A stretch of DNA of 64,000 bases, taken from Balneolaceae bacterium (lineage in GTDB: Bacteria > Bacteroidota > Rhodothermia > Balneolales > Balneolaceae). Where the stretch lies: contig JASFMR010000004.1 of the NCBI GenBank assembly GCA_050117475.1, positions 274-64,273 of the forward strand, in the 5' to 3' direction. Numbering within the stretch: position 1 is the first letter of the stretch; each line of letters begins with the position of its first letter. The notes under the pieces were generated by a model, which did not search any database, was not told the DNA's origin, and saw nothing but the letters and a program-made list of their open reading frames with translations. A program made the translations under genes and the position numbers. Positions 9,861 through 19,753 of the stretch are shown here, in pieces.

Positions 9861-9883
9861 CATGCCTTTGCAAAAAAGGCATG
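9861..9883. repeat. Inverted repeat CATGCCTTT-GCAAA-AAAGGCATG
   Basis: Perfect 9-bp arms in the same divergent intergenic region; function unknown. Confidence 0.5.
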
Positions 9884-9941
9884 GAATAAATAATGTATCT
9901 GTTTGTCATTTTTCACTCATATCCATTTAAAATTAGCATAA

Positions 9942-10355
9942 ATGAAGATAGACACCAGGTTATTGATGATATCCAGCGCTATCTTAATGGGCATGGCCGG
10001 ATTTGCATTCACTTTTTTCCCGGGGGAGATACTAACCTATTTAGGATTTCCGGCCTTCGAAATGGGAAGAATGTTTTTACAGATCACCGGTGCTTTGTAT
10101 TGGGGATTCTCCATTTTGAATTGGACAGCCCGAGCTATAATAATCGGAGGGATTTACAGCCGCCCCGTAGCCTTGGGAAATTTTCTTCACTTTACGGTAG
10201 TAACAATCATGTTACTAAAAATGATAGCCGGGGATCATACTTCGCCCATTATACTAATCGGCGGATTATTTTATGGTCTGTTTGCCATCTCTTTCGGGCT
10301 CGTGCTTTTTAGACACCCGGAACAAGCTGATTCATTCTCTGCAGACCGTAACTGA
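9942..10355 (+). CDS. Hypothetical inner-membrane protein (about 4 TM helices)
   Basis: 137 aa with four hydrophobic stretches; preferred over the overlapping frame 9893-10312. Confidence 0.7.
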   Translation: MKIDTRLLMISSAILMGMAGFAFTFFPGEILTYLGFPAFEMGRMFLQITGALYWGFSILNWTARAIIIGGIYSRPVALGNFLHFTVVTIMLLKMIAGDHTSPIILIGGLFYGLFAISFGLVLFRHPEQADSFSADRN

Positions 10356-10526
10356 AGATAGCGCTGTATATTAATGGCGTTACGTCACTCTTCCGTTGTA
10401 TCTCCTGCCACCCAGTGCCGCTATTTTTGTAAGTCTACCCATTACATCAATCTCAGTACAACGCCTATTGTACCAGGAATCACAAAATCATAATTAGACT
10501 AAAAGCATTAATCTTATGGTCTTATT

Positions 10527-10931
10527 ATGATTGACCCAGAACAAATCAAAACACCGTTTAGCGACAAGGATCTGAAATATTTCAAGAAATTGTTGCTGAA
10601 AAACAGGATTGAAGCCCAGGAAAAGCTTGATAAACTATGGGGTGCTCAAGTGAACCTGGAAGAAGCCGATGATGCCGATATCTCCTCAATAACACATCAT
10701 CTTGGAGATTTTGCGTCTGATGTGCAAGAAGAAGAAATGAATTACCAACTCATTGAACGACTGAGAGAATATATATTGCATATCAATGAAGCACTGGAAC
10801 GCATTGAGAAAAAGACCTACGGCATTTGCCTGGCCACAGGAAAACCCATAGCCAGGGGAAGGCTCGAAGCCGTACCGCATACAAGGTACAGTATTGAGGC
10901 CAAAAACAAAGGATTAGCAGAAGACACATAA
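10527..10931 (+). CDS. TraR/DksA family transcription regulator (single-Cys, likely Zn-free)
   Basis: Coiled coil with HHLGDFASD tip; C-terminal YGICLATGKPIARGRLEAVPHTRYSIEAK. Confidence 0.88.
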   Translation: MIDPEQIKTPFSDKDLKYFKKLLLKNRIEAQEKLDKLWGAQVNLEEADDADISSITHHLGDFASDVQEEEMNYQLIERLREYILHINEALERIEKKTYGICLATGKPIARGRLEAVPHTRYSIEAKNKGLAEDT

Positions 10932-10933
10932 CC

Positions 10934-11167
10934 ATGAAGAATCACCCATATGAACAGGATCCCGACCCGGTATTTCATGAACGTATTCATGTTCTGTCGG
11001 AACGAGGTTATCGCGGCTTTAAAATCACCAACAAACAACAGCATTGGGATGGCCTTAAAGTGACCGCATCGAACAATGCCGGTAAAATAGTAACCTCTGC
11101 AGGGAATACGGAACAGGAGGCCCTGAAGAAGCTGATCGACCAGATTGATTTGATTTTGGATCGGTGA
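10934..11167 (+). CDS. Small hypothetical protein (77 aa)
   Basis: Packed between dksA (2-bp gap) and the PRT gene (15-bp gap); C-terminus has a GNTEQEAL motif. Confidence 0.65.
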   Translation: MKNHPYEQDPDPVFHERIHVLSERGYRGFKITNKQQHWDGLKVTASNNAGKIVTSAGNTEQEALKKLIDQIDLILDR

Positions 11168-11182
11168 AAGTGAAATTGGAGA

Positions 11183-11845
11183 GTGATTATGTTTATCAAT
11201 AGAGAAGACGCAGGCAAAAAACTTGGTAAAGCACTTGATAAATATAAGTCAATGAATCCGATAATCCTGGCTATTCCGAGGGGGGGCATTGAAGTTGGTT
11301 TTTATGCCGCCAAACGGCTGGATTGTGATTTTGAACCAATCGTTATCCGCAAACTAGGATATCCCCAGCAACCTGAAGCAGCATTTGGAGCCGTAGCTGA
11401 GGATGGGAGCCTATACCTTGATCCCTGGTCAAATCAGTATTTGAGCAAGGAAATAATTGAGCGAGTAATTGGTGAAGAAAAGGAAGAAATACAAAGGCGA
11501 ATCAAAGCGTACAGACAAGGGCGCCGCCTACCCGACCTAAAAGACCGAGTAGTCATCTTAGTCGACGACGGTATTGCTTCTGGCGCTACAATATTTGCAG
11601 CATTGACGATGTGTCGCAAACATGAGCCTGAAAAACTTATTATTGCGGCCCCTGTATCCGGAAAAACGCGGCTCACCAAACTCAGCGCGAAAGCGGATGA
11701 ACTGGTCATACTCGAAAAAAGAGAACATTTTTTTGCCGTCTCCGAAGGTTACCGTGAATTCACCAATCTTTCGGATAGCCAAGTCCTTGAATTACTGAAA
11801 CAGTGGCAACAATATTCAAAAAAAGGCGTCCCCCCTGAACAGTAA
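11183..11845 (+). CDS. Phosphoribosyltransferase family protein (Rv0571c/Rv2030c N-domain-like)
   Basis: FINREDAG, LAIPRGG, IRKLGYPQQPEAAFGAV and PRPP loop VILVDDGIASGAT. Confidence 0.9.
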   Translation: MIMFINREDAGKKLGKALDKYKSMNPIILAIPRGGIEVGFYAAKRLDCDFEPIVIRKLGYPQQPEAAFGAVAEDGSLYLDPWSNQYLSKEIIERVIGEEKEEIQRRIKAYRQGRRLPDLKDRVVILVDDGIASGATIFAALTMCRKHEPEKLIIAAPVSGKTRLTKLSAKADELVILEKREHFFAVSEGYREFTNLSDSQVLELLKQWQQYSKKGVPPEQ

Positions 11846-11966
11846 GCATTTACCCCACACCCTTCTTATACCGGTACTTACAGGTAATAACAAAATTTAG
11901 CTCTCACCTATATTTTCAAAATCAGGCTACCCTGCATTATCCTTTAATAAAATGAGGAAAAGTATC

Positions 11967-13604
11967 ATGGCTCATAAAAAATTACTTTTTCAAACCGCCG
12001 CACGTGAAAAAATCCTAAGGGGGGCGACAGTCCTTTTTGACGCCATACGATTTACCCTGGGACCCAAGTCAAAATCCGTTTTGATCGAAAAAAAATGGGC
12101 CAAACCACTGGTTTGCAATGACGGGGTAACTATAGCAAAAGAAATAACCTTAAGAGATCCCGAGGAAAATCTTGGTGCACAGGTACTTAAAGAAGCTGCA
12201 GAACGGACCGGCGACTTAGTGGGTGATGGCACATCTACGTCAACCGTTTTGGCATATACCATCTTTTCTGAAGGTTTAAAAAACGTTGCTGCACGTGCCA
12301 GTTCAATAGAACTCAAACGGGGACTGGATCGGGGCCTGAAAGTAGCTGTGGAAGCGCTCAAAGAAATTTCACGCCCGGTAAAATCCCATAAAGAAAAAGT
12401 GCAGGTCGCCACCATCTCAGCTCATAATGACGCGACGATTGGGGAACTGGTTGCAGAAGCCATTGATAAGGTAGGCTCAGAGGGGGTTATAACGGTTGAG
12501 GAGGCCAAAGGAACTGAAACAATAGTTGAGATCGTCGAAGGAATGCAATTTGACCGGGGATATCTCTCCCCTTATTTCGTTACTGACAGTCAGAAAATGC
12601 AGGTGGAAATCGAAAACCCCTCCATCCTTCTTTACGATAAAAAAATAAGCTCACTAAACGACTTACTTCCTCTGCTGGAACAAGCAGCCAAACAACAGGT
12701 AAGTCTTGTTGTAATAGCAGAAGACGTTGATGGTGAAGCCCTTGCCAGCCTGGTAGTTAATAAACTTAGGGGCGTTTTATCGTGCGTCGCTGTCAAAGCA
12801 CCCGGTTTTGGAGACCGTAGAACCGCCATACTGGAGGATATTGCCCTTTTAACAGGTGGTCAATTGGTCTCAGAAGAAATGGGAATGAAACTGGAAAACG
12901 TAACCATCGAATCACTGGGTAAGGCTCAGCGCCTTATTGTGGATAAGGATACAACCACTATCATTGGTGGAGCAGGTGACAAAGAGGTCATTGATGGCCG
13001 TTGCAATGAGATTCGCATTCAAATGGAAAGGTCAACCTCCGACTATGATAAAGAGAAGCTTCAGGAAAGACTGGCCAAGTTGTCAGGAGGCGTCGGGGTC
13101 ATCCACGTTGGAGCCCCTTCAGAAACTGAACTTAAAAGCCGTAAAGAGGCTTTTGAAGATGCCATCAGCGCCACCAAAGCTGCTATAGAAGAAGGGATCG
13201 TCCCGGGTGCCGGCCTGGCCCTGCTGAGAACCATATCTGCTGTCACAGAAGAGGCTGTTCGTGCCGAAGGGGATGAAAAAACAGGTATTATGATCTTGCG
13301 AAGGGCCCTGGAAACCCCTGCCCGTCAAATAGCAGAAAATTCAGGCGCGGATGACGGCGTGGTCGTAGATAGAATGCTTGCCGGAGATGGTAACATCGGT
13401 TTTGACGCCTCGGTCAATCAATTCGTCGACCTTTTAAAAGCGGGAATCATTGACCCCACCAAAGTCGTGCGCATTGCCTTGGAAAATGCCGTTTCGGTGG
13501 CCGGTATATTACTTCTGACTGAAGCAACCATGACAGAAGTAGAAGAAAAGAAAATCCCGGTTCGGGAAAACGGTGCCCTTGAAGAGGAAGCCATGGAGTA
13601 TTGA
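11967..13604 (+). CDS. groEL: Chaperonin GroEL paralog (no adjacent groES, no GGM tail)
   Basis: [64 protein letters not shown]. Start set at MAHKK after a GAGG RBS. Confidence 0.93.
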   Translation: MAHKKLLFQTAAREKILRGATVLFDAIRFTLGPKSKSVLIEKKWAKPLVCNDGVTIAKEITLRDPEENLGAQVLKEAAERTGDLVGDGTSTSTVLAYTIFSEGLKNVAARASSIELKRGLDRGLKVAVEALKEISRPVKSHKEKVQVATISAHNDATIGELVAEAIDKVGSEGVITVEEAKGTETIVEIVEGMQFDRGYLSPYFVTDSQKMQVEIENPSILLYDKKISSLNDLLPLLEQAAKQQVSLVVIAEDVDGEALASLVVNKLRGVLSCVAVKAPGFGDRRTAILEDIALLTGGQLVSEEMGMKLENVTIESLGKAQRLIVDKDTTTIIGGAGDKEVIDGRCNEIRIQMERSTSDYDKEKLQERLAKLSGGVGVIHVGAPSETELKSRKEAFEDAISATKAAIEEGIVPGAGLALLRTISAVTEEAVRAEGDEKTGIMILRRALETPARQIAENSGADDGVVVDRMLAGDGNIGFDASVNQFVDLLKAGIIDPTKVVRIALENAVSVAGILLLTEATMTEVEEKKIPVRENGALEEEAMEY

Positions 13605-13643
13605 TTGCTAAAAAGTATTTGCCGTAAACTTTTAAGAGGATAG

Positions 13644-15401
13644 TCATACCTTCACCATTTTTTTCTTGCCTCTCTTGCGGTCGCGGAATTTAACAATCTC
13701 ACCCCAGCTCATGGTATTTAAAACATTTTCCGAGATGCACCATGCCCTCCGGGCAATAGCGACACCAAGCTTCATATAATCAAAACTCATTAAGTCGTGG
13801 CTATCCGTACCGATGACCAACATGGCTCCCTCTTGCTGTGCCATACGGGCCCAGGAATCATTGAGGTCCATCCGCTGCGGTTGGGCATTAATCTCAAGCG
13901 CTGTTCCTGTCTTTATAGCTTTTTGAATAACAAGTTTTAAATCGACCGGGTATTCCTTTCGTTTACCGATCAGTCGACCGGTGGGATGGCTTATCGCATT
14001 TACATATGGATTTTCACACGCTTTAAGTATTCGCTGGGTATTATCCTCATTAAAACGGCTGTGAACAGAAGCAGTAACCCAGTCCAACTTAGATAAAAGT
14101 CCGTCATCAAAATCAAGCGAACCATCAGGCAGGATATCAACTTCTATCCCCGCTTTTATGAAATTGACTCCAAGCTTTTTGTTGGCGGCATCGATCTCTT
14201 CACGCTGCTTAATCACCTCCTCCTCGGTCAAACCACCGGCAATACGGGAGGTCTTGGAATGATCAGTAAGAATCAAATACTCATAAGGATAGTTTTCTTT
14301 TACATATTCGGACAACTCCTCAATACGATTCAGGCCATCCGACCAGTCGGAATGCATATGAAAATCACCCTTAATTTCTTTGCGTTCAATCAGTCTTGGT
14401 ATATTGTTATGCGCGGCTAATTCAATTTCTCCTTCATTTTCACGCATCTCGGGAGGGATCCAACTTAGGCCCAATTGTTTATACATACCCGCTTCGGTTT
14501 CGCCCGTAATCTTCTTATTACCGTCAATATCATATAGCCCATATTCGTTGATCTTATATCCCTTTTCTTTCGCAATCTTACGTAAATGTATGTTATGATC
14601 CTTTGAACCCGTAAAATACAACAGCGCTGCACCCCATTGATTTTCATTTACCAGGCGCAAATCAACCTGCCGGTTCTTCTGTTCAATTACTATGCTGGCT
14701 TTTGTGTTACCTCTTGCCAGCACTTTTTTAACGCCGGGCAATGAAGTAAAGAAGTTAAGTACCTTATCCCGGTCACCCTTACCGGCGGTTGCCAAAATAT
14801 CTATATCTCCGATCGTCTCTTTCATACGTCGAATACTGCCGGCAAATTCCAACTTTCGGATTTCTTTGCACTCAGACAGTGATGCTTGCAACTCCTCCAC
14901 AATCTCAAGGGCCTCTGCCAACAAAATACGCTTTGCTGACTTCCGAGCCTGCATAAGCCCCTGCCGAAGATTCTCGACGGTCTTCTGCCCAAAGCCTTTG
15001 AGCTCTTCCACCTCCCCGCTATCCAGGGCATCCAGCAAATCCTCCCGTGTATCGATGTGTAATTCCGAATGAAGCTTTTTCAAGGTCTCAGGCCCCATCC
15101 CCGGGATTTTTAAGAGCTCTACAAGATCTATGGGAATTTCTTTTTTCAACTCGTCATACTTTTTAATCTTACCGGTTTTAACATATTCACGGATCTTTGC
15201 TGCAATTCCCTCTCCAATGCCCTTAATGTCTTCCAGCTTGTCGTCTCCCATAAAATCGCGGATATCTTCGGTCAAATGATCCAATATACGCGCCGCGTTT
15301 TGGTAGGCAATAACGCGAAAACGATCTTTAGACCCATGAAAGCTGTAAATTGCCGCCATGTCATCAAATATCCTTGCCAATTCTTTGTTGATTTTATACA
15401 T
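13644..15401 (-). CDS. polX: DNA polymerase X with PHP (3'-5' exonuclease) domain
   Basis: HhH motifs; GSIRR..GDIDIL, VDLR, YFTGSK; PHP motifs HMHSDWSDG, TDHS, GIEVD, HPTGR, GTDSH. Confidence 0.95.
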   Translation of the reverse strand: MYKINKELARIFDDMAAIYSFHGSKDRFRVIAYQNAARILDHLTEDIRDFMGDDKLEDIKGIGEGIAAKIREYVKTGKIKKYDELKKEIPIDLVELLKIPGMGPETLKKLHSELHIDTREDLLDALDSGEVEELKGFGQKTVENLRQGLMQARKSAKRILLAEALEIVEELQASLSECKEIRKLEFAGSIRRMKETIGDIDILATAGKGDRDKVLNFFTSLPGVKKVLARGNTKASIVIEQKNRQVDLRLVNENQWGAALLYFTGSKDHNIHLRKIAKEKGYKINEYGLYDIDGNKKITGETEAGMYKQLGLSWIPPEMRENEGEIELAAHNNIPRLIERKEIKGDFHMHSDWSDGLNRIEELSEYVKENYPYEYLILTDHSKTSRIAGGLTEEEVIKQREEIDAANKKLGVNFIKAGIEVDILPDGSLDFDDGLLSKLDWVTASVHSRFNEDNTQRILKACENPYVNAISHPTGRLIGKRKEYPVDLKLVIQKAIKTGTALEINAQPQRMDLNDSWARMAQQEGAMLVIGTDSHDLMSFDYMKLGVAIARRAWCISENVLNTMSWGEIVKFRDRKRGKKKMVKV

Positions 15402-15420
15402 CTCTTTCTATCCAAATTAG

Positions 15421-16536
15421 TCAGTAGTTAATAGGCGACTTAAAAACCATAAACTCATTGATATTCGTCAAATCGATGGCTCCAAGCAGTCTCCCGTTTT
15501 CAATGACCGGGAAAAATGTTTTTTTACTTGAGTGTACCTTTCGATAGATATCTGCTAAGTCATCTGAAGCAGTCACGCTGTCAAAATCTTTAACCATGAC
15601 ATCCCTAACCCGTTGCCCGTTGTTTCGATGGCGCATCGATGACATCAAATCAGAATTGTACACAATCCCTACGGCCCGATGACCATCAGTAACAACAAAA
15701 TCTTTTTCTGCTCCATCCAAGATGGTATCAATAACATTATCCAATGAGTCTTCCGGATTTAGCAGGGTTATGTTTGTCATCATTGCGTCTCTCACTTTAT
15801 GCCCCCTTAGTAAGCTTAGCTGCTGTATAAGAATATTCTCACCCTGGGCCCCGAAAAATATGAAAACACCTATCAAAGCCAGAAATGGATTGTACAATAG
15901 TCCAAAGAAGAAAAATAAAAGCGCAACAAACTGCCCAAGCCGGGCTGCAACCTGGGTAGCACGCACACGTCCCATTCTCATCGCTAACAGAGCACGTAAG
16001 ATCCGTCCACCATCCATGGGGAATGCAGGAATGAAGTTAAAAGCAGCAAGCACAATGTTGGCATAGAATAAGAGAAAGAGAAAATTTCGGGATGATATTT
16101 CGCTAAAAAATTCCTGTATTTGTTGTTGATTAAGTCCCTGGAAGAAGTCAAATGGGATTACGATATACAAAAGCAAAGCGATAATAAGGTTTACCGCCGG
16201 ACCAGCCAGCGTTATAAACAATTCCTGCTTTGGATCATCCGGCATCTCTTCCAAGCTGGCGACTCCGCCGATGGGCAGAAGGGTAATCTTTTGGGTTTGG
16301 ATATTAAACCGTTGCGCAGTAAGCGCATGACCAAGTTCATGTAAGACAACGCAACCAAACAACACAACTACAAAGATAATATTCCAGAATATACCTGCTG
16401 TGCTTGTGCCGCTTAATACGCCGACAAATAAAACCCACACGATCAACAAAAAAAATGACCAGTGCACCTGAACTTTAATGCCTGCAACTTTTCCGAGAAG
16501 TAATGATCCTTTCATAAAACTGGTACCTGTTTTCAT
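15421..16536 (-). CDS. Site-2 (M50) membrane metalloprotease with C-terminal CBS pair
   Basis: [24 protein letters not shown]; tandem CBS domains (VRDAMM..., VRDVMV...). Confidence 0.92.
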   Translation of the reverse strand: MKTGTSFMKGSLLLGKVAGIKVQVHWSFFLLIVWVLFVGVLSGTSTAGIFWNIIFVVVLFGCVVLHELGHALTAQRFNIQTQKITLLPIGGVASLEEMPDDPKQELFITLAGPAVNLIIALLLYIVIPFDFFQGLNQQQIQEFFSEISSRNFLFLLFYANIVLAAFNFIPAFPMDGGRILRALLAMRMGRVRATQVAARLGQFVALLFFFFGLLYNPFLALIGVFIFFGAQGENILIQQLSLLRGHKVRDAMMTNITLLNPEDSLDNVIDTILDGAEKDFVVTDGHRAVGIVYNSDLMSSMRHRNNGQRVRDVMVKDFDSVTASDDLADIYRKVHSSKKTFFPVIENGRLLGAIDLTNINEFMVFKSPINY

Positions 16537-16753
16537 ACCTGCTTTACAAATAATACATGCTTTATCACTTAAAACAGGTATGATCAGTTCTTGGATTTAT
16601 GTAGTACAGCTTATGATTTTCCTGTAGTATGTGCCCTTATCTTTATCAATAACAATTATTTAATTTTTTTTTGAAGTTTTATAGCGATTTTCCTTAAAAT
16701 TGATATATCAACCTATCACAACTACAAGAGAGTGCAGGTTAGGAGGAGCAAAT

Positions 16754-17095
16754 ATGATATTTACAAAAAATGCACAGTTCGATGACCAGAAAGTTCACCT
16801 AGTGAAGAATTTACTGGAAAAACTAATCGGTAAACCCAAAGACTATTGTCAAAATAAAGTAAAGACATTTGGGTTTGAGTTTCTGGACAATTGGGATGAC
16901 AAAGTTGGATTTGTGAAAGAAGATGACAAGGAAGAATTGATTTTGAGCCTCCAATTTCGAGAAGATGGGTGTTACTTTTATCAGCTCATTATTAAAAACT
17001 CTAACGAAAGTTGGATAGAGAGTCGAATTCTGGATTATAACAGAGTACGACGAAACGGTATTATAAACATAAATAACGGCAATATTACTAGTTGA
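16754..17095 (+). CDS. Hypothetical protein, AT-rich, opposite strand to neighbours
   Basis: AGGAGG RBS before ATG 16754; stop overlaps the end of mgtA by 8 bp; no recognisable family. Confidence 0.5.
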   Translation: MIFTKNAQFDDQKVHLVKNLLEKLIGKPKDYCQNKVKTFGFEFLDNWDDKVGFVKEDDKEELILSLQFREDGCYFYQLIIKNSNESWIESRILDYNRVRRNGIININNGNITS

Positions 17096-19661
17096 ATCCC
17101 TGCCCTGCCCCACGATGATAAAACAGTTTTTTTATAATCTCAGTGGCAATTACATACAAAATGCTGATAATAATAATGACCGTTATTAGAGAAAGAGGAA
17201 GAGGGATAAAGCCGGTGACGGATTGCATGGGAACGTAAGGCAAAACGAAGGAAAAAAGTAATACTGCCAATGCATTGACGACCAACATTCGGGCAGGTTT
17301 GGAATGAAAGAACCACCTCTTTGTCCGGATCACAAAGATAATTAGCACTTCTGTAAACAATGATTCAATAAACCAGGCTGTACGGAATTCTTCGGGCGAT
17401 ACCTGCAAAAGTAAAAGCAAAACACCAAATGTTAAAAAATCAAATAGTGTGCTCACCAGGCCGAAGATAATCATGAAATTTCGAATGAATCGAACCTTCC
17501 ACTTTGGAGGCAACAGAATAAATTCTTCATCCACAACGTCGTTGGCAAGTGACATTCCGGGAAGATCTGAAAGCAGGTTATTGAGTAAAATCTGTTTTGC
17601 AAGCAATGGTAAGAAAGGCAAAAATGCTGAAGCTGCAGCCATGCTTACCATATTTCCGAAATTGGCACTCGACGTAGTGAGGATATATTTCAACGTATTT
17701 ACGAAGGTGATTCGCCCCTCTCGAATCGTATCATATAACATCCCTAAATCGTGTTTCATGAGTACGAGATCGGCTGAATCTTTGGCTACGTCCACTGCCG
17801 AATCCACCGAGATACCCACATCTGCTTCATACAGAGCCATAGCGTCATTAATCCCATCTCCAAGGTAACCTACCACATAGCCCGCCCTTTTAAGCGCCCG
17901 GATAATACGTTCTTTCTGCTGGGGATCCAGTTCAACAAAAAGATCTGTTTTATGTACCCGCTGTAGCAGCGCCTCTTCACGTATCTGTTGAAGAACCTCA
18001 CCGGTTATCATTCTCTCATTTGAAAGCCCCACCTGTTTTGCAACGTGCTGGCTCACATATCGGTTGTCTCCGGTTAAAATTTTAAGTTGTACTCCCAACT
18101 TGCCCAGATCCTCCAGCACTGAACTCACCTGCTCTTTGGGAGCGTCATAAAACAATAAAAAACCGCAGAATAAAAAATTGTATTCATCGGCTTTGGATAA
18201 GGCCTTATGGTCCTTGGCAAGCTTTTTTTTAGCAACTCCCAGTACGCGGTACCCTTCTTTACTCCATTCTTTGTATTTGTTAGTAAGTAATTGTTTCCTT
18301 TCGTTTGTAAGAAGTAAAGTGTCATTCTCTCCTTCTACCGACGAACAAATAGCCAGAACCTGTTTAAAAGCTCCTTTTGAAATTAGCTCAATAACATTTG
18401 GATTTTGGGAATCTATTATAGCAACAGTAAGGCGCTTTCGTATAAAATCATAGGGAATTTCTCCCGTTTTGGTTACAGAAGAAAAATCATTTGCAATCTC
18501 TTTAGCCTTTTGGACCAAGGCATCATCCAATGGATTTTTAAGTCCTTGTTGAAAAGTTGAATTAAGACATGCCAGCCGCTCAACACTTGCAGATTCATTA
18601 CCTTCACTGTCTACCGACCGGTCGAGCTTTATTACTCCTTCGGTTAGTGTGCCGGTCTTATCAGTACAAAACACATCCATACTTCCGAAGGTCTCAATGG
18701 CATTCAACTTCTTGACCACAATGCCATGTTCAGCCATGCGATGAGCTCCATGTGAGAGTGTGATTGTGATAATTGCCGGCAGCAATTCCGGGGTCATCCC
18801 CACAGCTAAAGCAATAGCAAAAAGCAGGGATTCAAAGGTCGGTTTTTTATCAATGATATTGATGGAAAAGACCAGAACAACCAAGACGAGTATAATCTGT
18901 GTCAACAGATATGAAAACTGACGTATTCCCCTCTCAAAATCGTTTTCCGGCATTTCCAGTTGCAACTCGCTTGCAATACGTCCAACCTGCGAACGCGGCC
19001 CCGTCTCAGTTAAAAAAATCTTAGCTGTTCCGCTGCGAACTGATGTACCCATAAATACTGAATTAACAGCACGCTGTATAGGATCTTTTTCGTCTACGAT
19101 GCCCACTTTTTTTTCAACCGGGAAAGATTCGCCCGTCAGAGTCGCCTCACTTACAAAAAGATCTGTTGATTCCAGGATACGTCCGTCTGCTGGTATGAGG
19201 CTGCCAGCGGACAATAAGACAACATCACCGGGCACAAGTTCCGTTGAAGGTATTTCTACCGCCAATCCATCTCTTATTACTGTCGAATTAATACAGATCA
19301 AAGCCTTAAGCTTCTCAACAGCTTGCTTTGCACTGTGCTCCTGGCGAAAACTGATATAAGTGCTTACAAACACAATACCAAGGATAATAACTGCCTCAAA
19401 CCAATCATACATTAGTGCTGAAATGAGGGCGGCGATAATAAGAACAATCAGCAGTGGACTCTTAAACTGTTTAAGAAATAGTTTTACAACTGAAATGTGA
19501 GGTTTTTGAACAATTTCATTCCTCCCGTATTTTTGAATCCGCTGTTTAGCCTCTATATCACTTAAACCCCTTGGATTCGATTCGTACAGCCGGTAAAGTT
19601 CCTCAAACGACAAACTCCAAAACGGTCTCTTCCCCTCTTTGATATGTTTTGAGTATTTCAA
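17088..19661 (-). CDS. mgtA: Mg2+-translocating P-type ATPase (P3B)
   Basis: TGES, AVGMTPELLP (MgtA-type), DKTGT, KGA, TGDN, GDGIND, KQILLNNLL. Confidence 0.88.
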   Translation of the reverse strand: MKYSKHIKEGKRPFWSLSFEELYRLYESNPRGLSDIEAKQRIQKYGRNEIVQKPHISVVKLFLKQFKSPLLIVLIIAALISALMYDWFEAVIILGIVFVSTYISFRQEHSAKQAVEKLKALICINSTVIRDGLAVEIPSTELVPGDVVLLSAGSLIPADGRILESTDLFVSEATLTGESFPVEKKVGIVDEKDPIQRAVNSVFMGTSVRSGTAKIFLTETGPRSQVGRIASELQLEMPENDFERGIRQFSYLLTQIILVLVVLVFSINIIDKKPTFESLLFAIALAVGMTPELLPAIITITLSHGAHRMAEHGIVVKKLNAIETFGSMDVFCTDKTGTLTEGVIKLDRSVDSEGNESASVERLACLNSTFQQGLKNPLDDALVQKAKEIANDFSSVTKTGEIPYDFIRKRLTVAIIDSQNPNVIELISKGAFKQVLAICSSVEGENDTLLLTNERKQLLTNKYKEWSKEGYRVLGVAKKKLAKDHKALSKADEYNFLFCGFLLFYDAPKEQVSSVLEDLGKLGVQLKILTGDNRYVSQHVAKQVGLSNERMITGEVLQQIREEALLQRVHKTDLFVELDPQQKERIIRALKRAGYVVGYLGDGINDAMALYEADVGISVDSAVDVAKDSADLVLMKHDLGMLYDTIREGRITFVNTLKYILTTSSANFGNMVSMAAASAFLPFLPLLAKQILLNNLLSDLPGMSLANDVVDEEFILLPPKWKVRFIRNFMIIFGLVSTLFDFLTFGVLLLLLQVSPEEFRTAWFIESLFTEVLIIFVIRTKRWFFHSKPARMLVVNALAVLLFSFVLPYVPMQSVTGFIPLPLSLITVIIIISILYVIATEIIKKLFYHRGAGQGFN

Positions 19662-19753
19662 TATTGCAACCTGTCAATCTCCCAATGTTTTATACTCAGG
19701 TAAAATACAGAGACCGTAATTAATCAAAAAATCTATTATTACGTCAAAACTAC

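Noticed and set aside
11990-12829. Antisense ORFs over groEL (and similar ones over rtcB, the ATPases and ALDH, e.g. 42189-42650, 59183-59683)
   Set aside because: Shadow frames of well-supported genes.
3873-15401. RtcB/PolX/HicB-like genes as an anti-phage or toxin-antitoxin system
   Set aside because: No nuclease, toxin or other defence effector recognised; gene content fits a stress regulon better.
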